DNA from: an uncultured Pseudomonadales bacterium
Lineage (GTDB): Bacteria > Patescibacteriota > Microgenomatia > UBA1400 > PJMF01
Direction of reading: 5' to 3'
DNA: 64,000 nucleotides
Assembly: GCA_964511345.1 (NCBI GenBank)
Contig: CAZEEV010000002.1
Location: 66,770 to 130,769, forward strand
Shown here: one piece after another, positions 7,251 through 15,989 of the stretch
How positions within the stretch are numbered: the first letter of the stretch is position 1
Layout of the letters: each line of letters starts with the position of its first letter
Program-made: the position numbers and the translations under genes
Notes under the pieces: generated by a model
Database searches by the model: none
What the model was told of the DNA's origin: nothing
Seen by the model: only the letters and a program-made list of their open reading frames with translations

Positions 7251-10181
7251 TTATTGATCAAAAGAAATCGCAAATAAAAAGTGATCTAAGTTTTTATTCT
7301 CAAAACGGATGACTTTGTCTTGATACTTTGCCTGTGGAGCAATTAGTTGTGGCTTGAACTTTTCTTCAAAAACAATTTGATAATTGGTTATTTTGTTAAA
7401 GACACCGGCTTGTTTTTGATCAAGGAAAACATATGAAAACGGTGTATTCATTTGATTTGGAACTAAATAAGTAATCACCAACTCCACTTTGCTCTGCTTG
7501 GGAATTTCTATCAGCATTGACAGTTCCCTACTTTGTTCTGCATCAACAATCTTAACCCGACTTAAATCAACCACTCGTCCATTTAATTCTACTTTTTCTA
7601 AGTTGGCTGAAGCATGTAAATAAAATCTTAAATAATTTTTGTAAACGCCAAGTGGCCAAAAATCGCTTGTAGCATTATTCTCAAAAATTATTTTGCGCTT
7701 GTGGCGGATGAATTTTTCACTAATCCCCAAACTATGCTCAATTCTTTCTGAAATATAAGGATTAACCTTATTTATCCCAACATTTGACTCTACCTGGAAA
7801 AATGAATCAACTAGACAATTATCCTGTTTAAATTCGATTGGACAAACCAGATCAGCTTTTTCCCCACCCCAAGAATTACCCTCAATAGCCTGTTGGAGTA
7901 TCTGATGACCGCTGAATAATAGAATCTCTTTTTGATTTAATTGTTCAAGCAACAATTTATTAACCATAGATAGCTCATGACTAGATAATTTCATAAGCCT
8001 ATCAACCAAGGCATTCGCAAATTTCCAGGTAAAGCTGTCTTTATTAGAAGTACTTTTAGAATCAATAATTACAGTTTCTTCTTGTTTGGCTAAATAATTA
8101 GCGGCGTTAATTATTAAATCATCACTAGCTTTTAGCTCTCCTACGACAGTTAGTAGTTCTTTAACCACTTTAGTGTTTAAAACAATTACCAGGTCAATTT
8201 TTGAACCAGTTGCTTGCTCTACAAACCATTGTATTTCTTGGCCACTTTTGGCAAAATCAGCTTGCCAATTAGCATCGTGTAAAAGAGCGTTTTCTTCTTT
8301 TAATAAGTCTTTTACCTCTGGTAAAACCGCTTTCTGTCCATAAACCCTATTGTCTAAATCGTCGACGTGAAAAATTTGTTGATCAATTAAATTAGCATTA
8401 TTAAAACCAAATAGTACTGCTTCTGTTAGAAATCCCCCAGTGGCTCTTAACTCTCCGCTATCCTGCATTAAAACTAAAACATTTACTCTACCCGATTGTA
8501 AAATAAAATCCTTAAAAACGGGAAGAAATCTTTTAAGCTGTAGATTATTCTTTAAATCTGTTTTAGTTTTCTCTAAATTGTCTTGCCACATCTTTTTTTC
8601 TTGTTCTTGATAAAGATCTAAGTTTAAATTCATCAAATAAGCATTAAAATCTTTTTGATAGGCAATTTGCTGATCAAGTTCTAATAAAATTTGATCATAA
8701 AAATGATTTAATTCCACACCGCCTTCAATGGTTTTCTTATATAAATCAAAAACAGCTTGATCAAATTTTATTCCATCTTGATAGAGACTAGAGATAATCG
8801 TACTAAGTTTTTGCAAGTCAACAGCTTCGGTTAAACTTTCACTGGGAAGAAGTTTTGCGTACTGAGCTAGCTGAAAAGAAAAAATGCGATAATTAATTGA
8901 TTTATCAATGTTTTTTTCTATATCAAGCGGCTTACTGATTATTTCATCAAGTTGCTTTTTCAGAATTTTTTGATTTAAGTTGAAAAGAGAGAATAAGCTT
9001 AATGCCAAAAAGCTAATTCCGAAAATAATAGTTCCTAGCCAAAATAAAAGCTTCCTTTTTTTAGTTTTATGTAAAATTGTTGTTCCTTGAGTAATATTTT
9101 TTTCTTGTCTGGATTTTTTCTCCTGATGTCTTTGAGTAGAGAAGAGGTTTTCAATTTTACTCGCAAACTCAGAGCTAGAATCTTTACTTAGAAGCTCTTC
9201 AATAGGTTCTTTATGGGCTTGCCGATTCACTTTTACGCTAGCATAAGGGATAGTTTTATGAAGCTTGTTTTGAACCTTTTGTTTTTTAAGTTGTAAAGCC
9301 CTTTGTGTTCTACTTACTTGTAGAGCTTTTTCTAATTCCTCTTCTGATGGAAAGGGTAAGTCACTATCAAAATCAATTAGACCACGAATTTTTTGATCAA
9401 TTATTTTGTCTATTTGAGTTTTACTATTGTTAACTACACTAAATTCTCTAATGAAAGGATGTTTTTTCTCGTTAGTTAAAAGCTTAATCGTCTGAAGCTT
9501 CTTTTGAAAATACTGTTCATAAAGATAAATAATTTGCTGAGCTAATTTAGCAGAAGAAAGTTTAGCCCCCTTAATTAAAAATTTACCGGCCTGATGGGGC
9601 TTAATTAGATATTCTTTAATTAAATTAAAAAAACTTCTTTCATCCTGAAAATAAAAATTATTCTGCGCATCAAAAACATAATTTCTTTTCACTGCAGAGA
9701 AGAACAGGAGTAGAGGATAAGTGACTTTTTTATTAGCAACTAAAACATCTTGCGCTAAAAAAGCCGTACTATTGGGAAATTGACTGAAAAAAGATCTCAA
9801 AAAATTTTCTTGCTTAGTTAAAAAATCATTATAGCCGAAGTCGAAATCATCTAAAATTTCTAAAGAAGTGCTTAAGGCAGAAATTAAAATCAAAGGAATT
9901 TTCTGATTTTTAGCTTGATTGAGTAAAGTTAAAAAATTAAAAACTTCTTCCATCACTTTTTGCGCTATGCTTTGAAAGCCATAAATAAAAATTATTTTAT
10001 AAATGTCTTTTTTGCGTTCAGCTAGTTCACGGTAATTGAGAAAAAAATCTTGATCCAGATGGATTAATTCGACACTTAGCGCCTTATTTTGCAAAAATTC
10101 CACGACAAAATCGGCAAGTAGATGACCTTGTTCAGAAATAACTAAAAACACAGAATCCTGTGTGACTGGATTATCTTCCAT
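7251..10181 (-). CDS. Large hypothetical bitopic membrane protein (976 aa; cytoplasmic N-domain, single TM near residue 375, ~580-aa extracytoplasmic domain)
   Basis: Long intact ORF with one strong hydrophobic helix 'LLFWLGTIIFGISFLALSLFSLF'. No motif I can name confidently. Confidence 0.45.
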   Translation of the reverse strand: MEDNPVTQDSVFLVISEQGHLLADFVVEFLQNKALSVELIHLDQDFFLNYRELAERKKDIYKIIFIYGFQSIAQKVMEEVFNFLTLLNQAKNQKIPLILISALSTSLEILDDFDFGYNDFLTKQENFLRSFFSQFPNSTAFLAQDVLVANKKVTYPLLLFFSAVKRNYVFDAQNNFYFQDERSFFNLIKEYLIKPHQAGKFLIKGAKLSSAKLAQQIIYLYEQYFQKKLQTIKLLTNEKKHPFIREFSVVNNSKTQIDKIIDQKIRGLIDFDSDLPFPSEEELEKALQVSRTQRALQLKKQKVQNKLHKTIPYASVKVNRQAHKEPIEELLSKDSSSEFASKIENLFSTQRHQEKKSRQEKNITQGTTILHKTKKRKLLFWLGTIIFGISFLALSLFSLFNLNQKILKKQLDEIISKPLDIEKNIDKSINYRIFSFQLAQYAKLLPSESLTEAVDLQKLSTIISSLYQDGIKFDQAVFDLYKKTIEGGVELNHFYDQILLELDQQIAYQKDFNAYLMNLNLDLYQEQEKKMWQDNLEKTKTDLKNNLQLKRFLPVFKDFILQSGRVNVLVLMQDSGELRATGGFLTEAVLFGFNNANLIDQQIFHVDDLDNRVYGQKAVLPEVKDLLKEENALLHDANWQADFAKSGQEIQWFVEQATGSKIDLVIVLNTKVVKELLTVVGELKASDDLIINAANYLAKQEETVIIDSKSTSNKDSFTWKFANALVDRLMKLSSHELSMVNKLLLEQLNQKEILLFSGHQILQQAIEGNSWGGEKADLVCPIEFKQDNCLVDSFFQVESNVGINKVNPYISERIEHSLGISEKFIRHKRKIIFENNATSDFWPLGVYKNYLRFYLHASANLEKVELNGRVVDLSRVKIVDAEQSRELSMLIEIPKQSKVELVITYLVPNQMNTPFSYVFLDQKQAGVFNKITNYQIVFEEKFKPQLIAPQAKYQDKVIRFENKNLDHFLFAISFDQ

Positions 10182-10230
10182 TACTAAAACATTTTAGAAC
10201 AAAATAGGGAGCTAAACAAATCTGGTAAAA

Positions 10231-10653
10231 TTAAATCAGAGCAGTGTCCATGGCTTGATTGGCGAGCAGATCAGCCATTTTGTTTTCTTCACGTGAAATA
10301 TGTTTGATTTCACAGGTAGAGCAGGGTAGTATGCTTAAAATTTGCCAATTTTCTTGAGCTAAGGTTTGTAAGCGTGTTTCTTTGATTTTCCAATTTTTAT
10401 TCATTTGCTCAACGACTAATTTAGAATCTAATTTGAAAACTAAAGCGACTGAAGATTTCAAGTGTTTTTTTAAATACAAAAGAGCTAGGTTTAACGCCAG
10501 ATATTCAGCTTCATTGTTGGTTTTTAAACCTAAATATTGGTATTCCCGATGAATTTCTAATCCTTTTTCATCAATCATATAAACACCAGCGCCAGCAATT
10601 CCTGGATTACCCCTAGAACCTCCGTCAGTAAAAATAGTGATTTTTTCCTGCAT
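10231..10653 (-). CDS. rnhA: Ribonuclease HI
   Basis: Matches 'IFTDGGSRGNPGIAGAGVYM…TNNEAEYLAL' and a C-terminal DDE-type residue pattern. Confidence 0.75.
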   Translation of the reverse strand: MQEKITIFTDGGSRGNPGIAGAGVYMIDEKGLEIHREYQYLGLKTNNEAEYLALNLALLYLKKHLKSSVALVFKLDSKLVVEQMNKNWKIKETRLQTLAQENWQILSILPCSTCEIKHISREENKMADLLANQAMDTALI

Positions 10654-10685
10654 ATTTACCGCTTTATTAACGCAAAGCCTGGTGA

Positions 10686-11144
10686 TTATTCTTCTTTTAG
10701 TTTAATCAGTAAAACTCTTTCCTCATTTCTATCTTCTGAATAGCTCTCTAAATTACCAAGGGTTTTATCTTCAGTGAGCACGCTATGAACCAAAAAGCGC
10801 TCATAAGAGTTTAAGCCATGCATTTCTTCTGTTTCACCTGTCTCTAGAACTCTTCTTGCTAATTCCAGAGCCTTGTCTTTCAACCTGTTTTCCAAACCAC
10901 TGCGATATTCATTAATATCTAGCATAATTTTCTTGTCTGAAAAATCATCCTTGAAAGATAATTTCGTAAGCAATTCTAAAGCCTCAAGTGTTTCACCTCT
11001 ATTACCAATCAAAAGAGCGGCTTCAGTTTGTGAGACTGTGACAATAATTTTTAGTCGATCATCGCTTTCTTCTAAAACGATTTCAAAATCATCATCAACT
11101 CCCAGATGTTTAATTAATTTTTCGAGATATTCTTGAACTTTCAT
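10686..11144 (-). CDS. jag: Jag/KhpB RNA-binding protein (KH + R3H domains)
   Basis: KH-like 'LLIGNRGETLEALELL' and R3H-like 'MHGLNSYERFLVHSVL'. It sits immediately downstream of yidC. Confidence 0.7.
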   Translation of the reverse strand: MKVQEYLEKLIKHLGVDDDFEIVLEESDDRLKIIVTVSQTEAALLIGNRGETLEALELLTKLSFKDDFSDKKIMLDINEYRSGLENRLKDKALELARRVLETGETEEMHGLNSYERFLVHSVLTEDKTLGNLESYSEDRNEERVLLIKLKEE

Positions 11145-11148
11145 TTTT

Positions 11149-12126
11149 TTACTTTCTGTTTTTGTTTTTATGACGTTTTAGTCTACTTGCCTTTTTAGGT
11201 TTAGTAGCATTTGTGTTTCTTGGCTTAATAGCATTATTGCTGCCATCAATGTTTTTTAAAACATTGGCTAATTCTCCACCGGTGGAGTTTTTTATAAATA
11301 AAGGGCTTTTTTTAAGATGAATTTTCTTAGGAATTTTAGTTAACACCTTGGCTTCTGGAATTTTTATATACTTATTTTTAAACGGACCAAATTTAGTTAT
11401 ATATTTATTCCAATAAGTGGCTAAACCACCCCAACCAGAAACGAAATATTGAGTCACCATAGTGATAATAGTTCCAGCAATCCAATATAGAGCTAATCCC
11501 GATGGTAATTTAAGGGCGATGACTGTAGTCATAATTGGCATAAGAAAAATCATTTGTTGCTGCATAGTGGCGGCCATCTCAGCAACATCCTCTTCTTTCT
11601 TATTCGCCTCTTGAATAGGTTTTAAACTTGAGTTGTTTTTAACAACGTCTCTAGTTTGAGTAGCTGGAGAAACCATTAATGATAAAAGAAATTGAGTGAC
11701 TCCAGCAATAATTGGTAAGACATAGATAGAGTCTGGCTGACTCAAATTCACCCACAAAAAGCTTAGGTTAAAATTTAATTCTGGGCTGTTAAATAATTTA
11801 ATAATAGCCTGATATAAAACAATTAAAATAAAAAGTTGCAATAATTGAGGTAGGCAACCAGCAAGAGGATTAATGTTATAGCTTTTATAAAGCTGAGATT
11901 GGGCTAAAGCTAAACCTTGCTTATCTTTACCATACTTTTCTTTCAATTTTTTAATTTCTGGTTGCAACTCTTGCATCTTTTTACTCGACTTAACACTAGG
12001 TAAGGTCAAGGGTAATAAGGCTAAACGAATTAAAATAGTAAAAACAATAATTGTTAAGCCGAGATTGTTAAAAACAGAATATAAAAAAACTAAAATTGAG
12101 GTAAAAAAACTAATAAATAAATTCAT
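11149..12126 (-). CDS. yidC: Membrane protein insertase YidC/Oxa1 (short Gram-positive-type)
   Basis: Five-TM YidC core pattern with a Lys-rich C-tail, in the conserved rnpA-yidD-yidC-jag context. Confidence 0.8.
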   Translation of the reverse strand: MNLFISFFTSILVFLYSVFNNLGLTIIVFTILIRLALLPLTLPSVKSSKKMQELQPEIKKLKEKYGKDKQGLALAQSQLYKSYNINPLAGCLPQLLQLFILIVLYQAIIKLFNSPELNFNLSFLWVNLSQPDSIYVLPIIAGVTQFLLSLMVSPATQTRDVVKNNSSLKPIQEANKKEEDVAEMAATMQQQMIFLMPIMTTVIALKLPSGLALYWIAGTIITMVTQYFVSGWGGLATYWNKYITKFGPFKNKYIKIPEAKVLTKIPKKIHLKKSPLFIKNSTGGELANVLKNIDGSNNAIKPRNTNATKPKKASRLKRHKNKNRK

Positions 12127-12136
12127 TTAAAAAATC

Positions 12137-12337
12137 CTAGAAGTGGCGACAATTAATAACTCGCCACAAACCTTGTATTAACCCGACAATTGTACCATTT
12201 TTTTTAACTTGTGCAGCCGTGTAAGTACTGCAGCTTGGATTCTGCCTACAAGTAGAGGTGAAACCGAATAAAGAAATAAATAATTGATGCTTAAACAATC
12301 TAAATGAAGAATAGGTTTTTTTAAGAATCTTATACAT
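12137..12337 (-). CDS. yidD: Membrane protein insertion efficiency factor YidD
   Basis: 66 aa with 'CRQNPSCSTYTAAQVKKNG…GLWRVINCRHF', matching the YidD signature. Confidence 0.75.
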   Translation of the reverse strand: MYKILKKTYSSFRLFKHQLFISLFGFTSTCRQNPSCSTYTAAQVKKNGTIVGLIQGLWRVINCRHF

Positions 12338-12701
12338 GACTAGAATTTACATGAATTAAAATTTTTTTCATTAAATCAGTAAAGTCTTTTTTTAAAAGCT
12401 CTTTTTGTTCAATAAAATTTCTTTTTAAAACTATTACTAAATCAGCTTTAAAATCGGTTTTAAGAATTCCTTTTTGAAACTGCTCTTCAACTAATGAATA
12501 AATAAAACGTCGATAATAATTTCTTAAAGTAGCTTTAGTTAAAGCTGTTTTAGGAGTAAGACAAGTGATTTTCAAATCATCTTGATTTGATCTTATATAA
12601 ACTAGAAAAAACCTAGAATTAATTAAAAAAGAGTTTCCTTTTTCAAAAATAGAGGAATTTTGCTTAAGAGAAAGATTTAGACGATTTTTTTTAGCTAACA
12701 T
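12330..12701 (-). CDS. rnpA: RNase P protein component
   Basis: 123-aa basic protein. 'KKNRLNLSLKQ…' at the N-terminus, then 'TLRNYYRRFIYSLVEE'. Position between rpmH and yidD supports the call. Confidence 0.65.
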   Translation of the reverse strand: MLAKKNRLNLSLKQNSSIFEKGNSFLINSRFFLVYIRSNQDDLKITCLTPKTALTKATLRNYYRRFIYSLVEEQFQKGILKTDFKADLVIVLKRNFIEQKELLKKDFTDLMKKILIHVNSSHV

Positions 12702-12713
12702 TTATGATTAGGT

Positions 12714-12860
12714 TTACCAATGCTTGGCAACAGCTAATTTCCTTCTGCCTTTAGCGCGTCTGCGTTTAATGACAATTTGTCCAGTAAGAGTTTGCATTCT
12801 TTTTAAGAAACCATGCATTCTCATTCTTTTTTTCTTTTTAGGATTCCATGTTCTTTTCAT
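12714..12860 (-). CDS. rpmH: Ribosomal protein L34 (48 aa; below the 60-aa cutoff of the ORF track)
   Basis: Hand translation of the minus strand gives [48 protein letters not shown], matching the canonical L34 pattern (MKRT.QPS…R.HGF..RM.T..G..V...RRAKGR..L). Confidence 0.85.
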   Translation of the reverse strand: MKRTWNPKKKKRMRMHGFLKRMQTLTGQIVIKRRRAKGRRKLAVAKHW

Positions 12861-12899
12861 AAGTTAGAGATTATATCATAAAAAATGCTTAACTACAGG

Positions 12900-14009
12900 C
12901 TAATTATTTACTCTAAATGGCATAGCAATATAGAAATAATTATCAATTTTAGTGTCTTTAAAAATAGCCGGTTTTAAACTTTCATTCATACCAAAAACTA
13001 AAAAGTTGGGTTTGACAGCATTAATAAAATCAATCAAATAATTGACATTAAAAGCAATTTCTCCCGTCATTTCAGAAGAGTTTTTTATCATAATCTCGCC
13101 AGAATATTCGCCTGAAGAAGGAGATTGTGAAGAAATTAGCATTCTTTCTTTTTCTATTGTTAATCTCACAATATTAGAGGCATCTCTAGAGAAAATAGCT
13201 GCTCTTTTCAGTTGAGTTAAAAATTCTTCACCTTCAAATTCAACTGTTAAATTGAAATTTGGAGGAATTATTTTCTCATAAGGAGGATAATCACCCTCAA
13301 TTAGACGAACATACATTTCAACGCTATTTATTTTAAACAGTAATTGCTTTAATTCGTCTGAAACTAGTATTTGAACACTCTTAACTTCTGTTTGTTTAGC
13401 AATTCTATAAAGCTCATTTAAGGCTTTGGCGGGAATCAAAATTGCCTTCTCCTGTTTTGAGTTAATTGTTTTAAGGAATAAGCTGCTTAAACGAAAGCCA
13501 TCTGTAGCAATTACCTCCAAGCCTTTATCATTAAATTTTAATAGCAAAGCAGTTAAAACTGGTCTACTCTGATCGAGACTGGCGCAAAAAGAAACTAAAT
13601 TCTGAATTTTTTCCAAATCTTCAATATCTAAAGAAAAAAAATCCCCCTCCACAATTGGAAAACTCGGAAATTCCTCACTGTTTTGACAAGCTAGGCGACT
13701 AACTGTTTTTCCTTGAGAAATAATTAAAAAATTATCTTTTAATTTAAGAGAGATTTTACCGTTTTCCAAAGAATTAATAATGCTTTTAAACAATTCACCA
13801 TTAACTATTAATTCTCCTTCTTCTTCCACTTCAATTATTAATTCTGTTTTAATTCCTAAATAAAGATCGGTTGCAGAGAGCACGAGCTTGCTTCCTTTAA
13901 CACTTAAAAGGATTGAAGATAAAACAGTGATTTGTGGTTTGGTGGGAATTACTTTTTGAAGGTAATTAATAGAGTTTTTTAAATTTTCTTGTAGAACATT
14001 GAATTTCAT
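12900..14009 (-). CDS. dnaN: DNA polymerase III beta sliding clamp
   Basis: N-terminus 'MKFNVLQENLKNSINYLQKVIP…ILSSILL' and the three-domain clamp pattern. 369 aa. Confidence 0.85.
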   Translation of the reverse strand: MKFNVLQENLKNSINYLQKVIPTKPQITVLSSILLSVKGSKLVLSATDLYLGIKTELIIEVEEEGELIVNGELFKSIINSLENGKISLKLKDNFLIISQGKTVSRLACQNSEEFPSFPIVEGDFFSLDIEDLEKIQNLVSFCASLDQSRPVLTALLLKFNDKGLEVIATDGFRLSSLFLKTINSKQEKAILIPAKALNELYRIAKQTEVKSVQILVSDELKQLLFKINSVEMYVRLIEGDYPPYEKIIPPNFNLTVEFEGEEFLTQLKRAAIFSRDASNIVRLTIEKERMLISSQSPSSGEYSGEIMIKNSSEMTGEIAFNVNYLIDFINAVKPNFLVFGMNESLKPAIFKDTKIDNYFYIAMPFRVNN

Positions 14010-14318
14010 ATTTTCTTTTATTTAATTATATATTTTTAGTAGTTGTAGTAGTAGGGTATGTGCGTAAGTTAATATTCATTCCTTTTTTAGTCTAGTCCAT
14101 TTCTTCTAAATTTATGTTTAAAAACGGTCTTTTATTGTTGATTATTTTGTTAGAATGTGTGAATTATTGTTTATAAAAATGAAAGTTTATTCACAGTCCT
14201 ATAAGTTTTTAATGTTATTGTTAACAAGCTTTCAACTTCTTTTCCACTGATTTTTCCACAATTGTTGATAAACTGAACTTACTTTTATGTTTAACATAAC
14301 TTTTAATTGATAAATCTG
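14010..14318. promoter_or_regulatory. Candidate oriC: AT-rich dnaA-dnaN intergenic region with DnaA boxes
   Basis: One perfect box TTATTCACA (14187-14195). One-mismatch boxes at 14158-14166 (reverse) and 14252-14260 (TTTTCCACA). A two-mismatch box at 14241-14249. A very AT-rich segment next to dnaN could serve as the unwinding element. Confidence 0.45.
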
Positions 14319-15896
14319 TTAATTTGATATAGCAATTAACGACATTTTCATTGCAGAAACATCTTGTTGAATATTTTGATCAATAATTAAGTCCTGTTCT
14401 ATCTTTTTAATAGCATGAATTACACTACTATGATCCCTACCGGAAAACCATTGCCCGATTTCCTCCAGAGGAATCTGCAACTCATTTCTTAGTAGATACA
14501 TAGCAATATGTCTAGCTTTCACTAATTCTTTACTACGTCTTTTTCCTCTAACAGCGCTCTGTTTTATACGATAATGATTGGCAACGGTTTTAATAATGTC
14601 TTGAGGTTTCGCTCTAATAATTTTTTGTTGATTTTGTCTAACTTCAGTTTGTAGGATTTTGTCAATTAAAGCAGAGTCGATGTTTAGATTCTGTAGTTCT
14701 ACTGCTGAACGAATTTTTTTAATAATCCCTTCAATACGACGAGCGCTATCAACTTGAGAGGCGATTTTTTGAGCCAATTCAATAGGAATATCAAGCTTAT
14801 TAGCCTGAGCTTTTAATAATAAAATAGCAGTGCGCAATTCAAAGGTTGGTTGTTGAATGTCAATCATGAGTCCAGCCTCAAAACGAGACCTTAGCCGGTC
14901 TTCTAAGAGACTTATCTCTTGCGGTGGTCTATCCGAAGTCATAATAATCTGTGAGTTGATAGCAATCAGAGCATTAAAAGTGTGAAAAAATTCTTCTTGC
15001 ACAGAATTTTTACCAGCAATAAATTGAATGTCGTCTAAAAGTAGGAGATTGGTTTTGCGATATTTGTTTTTTAATTGTAGAGTGTTGTGGGTTTTAATTG
15101 CCTTAACGATTTCATTGGTGAACTGTTCTCCAGAGGCATAAATAATTTCCGCTTCCGGGTTATTTTGTAGCATGTGGTGAGCAACCGCATGAATTAAATG
15201 GGTTTTACCAACTCCCACTCCACCATAGAGAAAAAGCGGATTGTAGCTAGTCCCTGGATTGTTAGCGACGGCTGTGGCTGCGGCGTGAGCCATTTCATTA
15301 CTCGACGAGACTGCAAAGCTTTCAAAAGTATAATCTTGTCTCAAACCGATCTGCGAGGCCCTAACCTTCAAACGATCAAAAGTATTGTTATTAATATTTG
15401 CTTGAGAAAACAACTCTTCCACTGTCGGCGAGGGACTATTTTGATTATTTCCAGGAAAACTTTTACCAAAAGCAAGATTATTTCTAGACTCATTGAAATT
15501 GCGTCCATTAATTTCTTTGTAAATCGATTCTTCTTTTTCTGTTTTTTCTGAGAAATAATCTATTTGTACTGAAGGTGATTTTTTATTGGCTTGTCTTAAA
15601 TCAGTGACAATAAACTCTATTTCAAGTGGTTTATTAATGTATTTTTCCAAAGCAGTTTTAATTTGCGAGTAAAGATTGGATTTGAGATTGGTTACATGGA
15701 AGGCAGTCATACAACTAATAGTGGCGATGGCTTTTTGATCATCCTCAATTTTAATAGAAGTGAGTGGACTAGGCACAATCCAAGTATTAAAAAAAGCCGG
15801 GCTAAGACTGGCCTCCAAATCAACCTTGGCCATTTGCCAGACTTGTTTTACTGTTTCTAAATCATAGATTTGTTCAGACATATCGTCTTTCTTCAA
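14319..15896 (-). CDS. dnaA: Chromosomal replication initiator DnaA
   Basis: Walker A 'GGVGVGKTHL', Walker B 'LLLLDDIQFIAG', and the C-terminal DNA-binding helix 'ELVKARHIAMYLLRNELQIPLEEIGQWFSGRDHSSVIHA'. Confidence 0.9.
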   Translation of the reverse strand: MKKDDMSEQIYDLETVKQVWQMAKVDLEASLSPAFFNTWIVPSPLTSIKIEDDQKAIATISCMTAFHVTNLKSNLYSQIKTALEKYINKPLEIEFIVTDLRQANKKSPSVQIDYFSEKTEKEESIYKEINGRNFNESRNNLAFGKSFPGNNQNSPSPTVEELFSQANINNNTFDRLKVRASQIGLRQDYTFESFAVSSSNEMAHAAATAVANNPGTSYNPLFLYGGVGVGKTHLIHAVAHHMLQNNPEAEIIYASGEQFTNEIVKAIKTHNTLQLKNKYRKTNLLLLDDIQFIAGKNSVQEEFFHTFNALIAINSQIIMTSDRPPQEISLLEDRLRSRFEAGLMIDIQQPTFELRTAILLLKAQANKLDIPIELAQKIASQVDSARRIEGIIKKIRSAVELQNLNIDSALIDKILQTEVRQNQQKIIRAKPQDIIKTVANHYRIKQSAVRGKRRSKELVKARHIAMYLLRNELQIPLEEIGQWFSGRDHSSVIHAIKKIEQDLIIDQNIQQDVSAMKMSLIAISN

Positions 15897-15940
15897 GATA
15901 GGGAGGGCAGAATGGAGCAGCTAAAAATCTTCGTGCTTAC

Positions 15941-15961
15941 TTATACACAAAGTTTTCCACA
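15941..15961. promoter_or_regulatory. Two DnaA boxes (TTATACACA perfect; TTTTCCACA 1 mismatch) in the 93-bp gap between VirB4 stop and dnaA start
   Basis: Direct match to the TTATNCACA consensus, read from sequence. Likely dnaA autoregulatory/promoter boxes. Confidence 0.4.
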
Positions 15962-15989
15962 ATTAGCAAGGGGCAATTTTTTAATGAAA

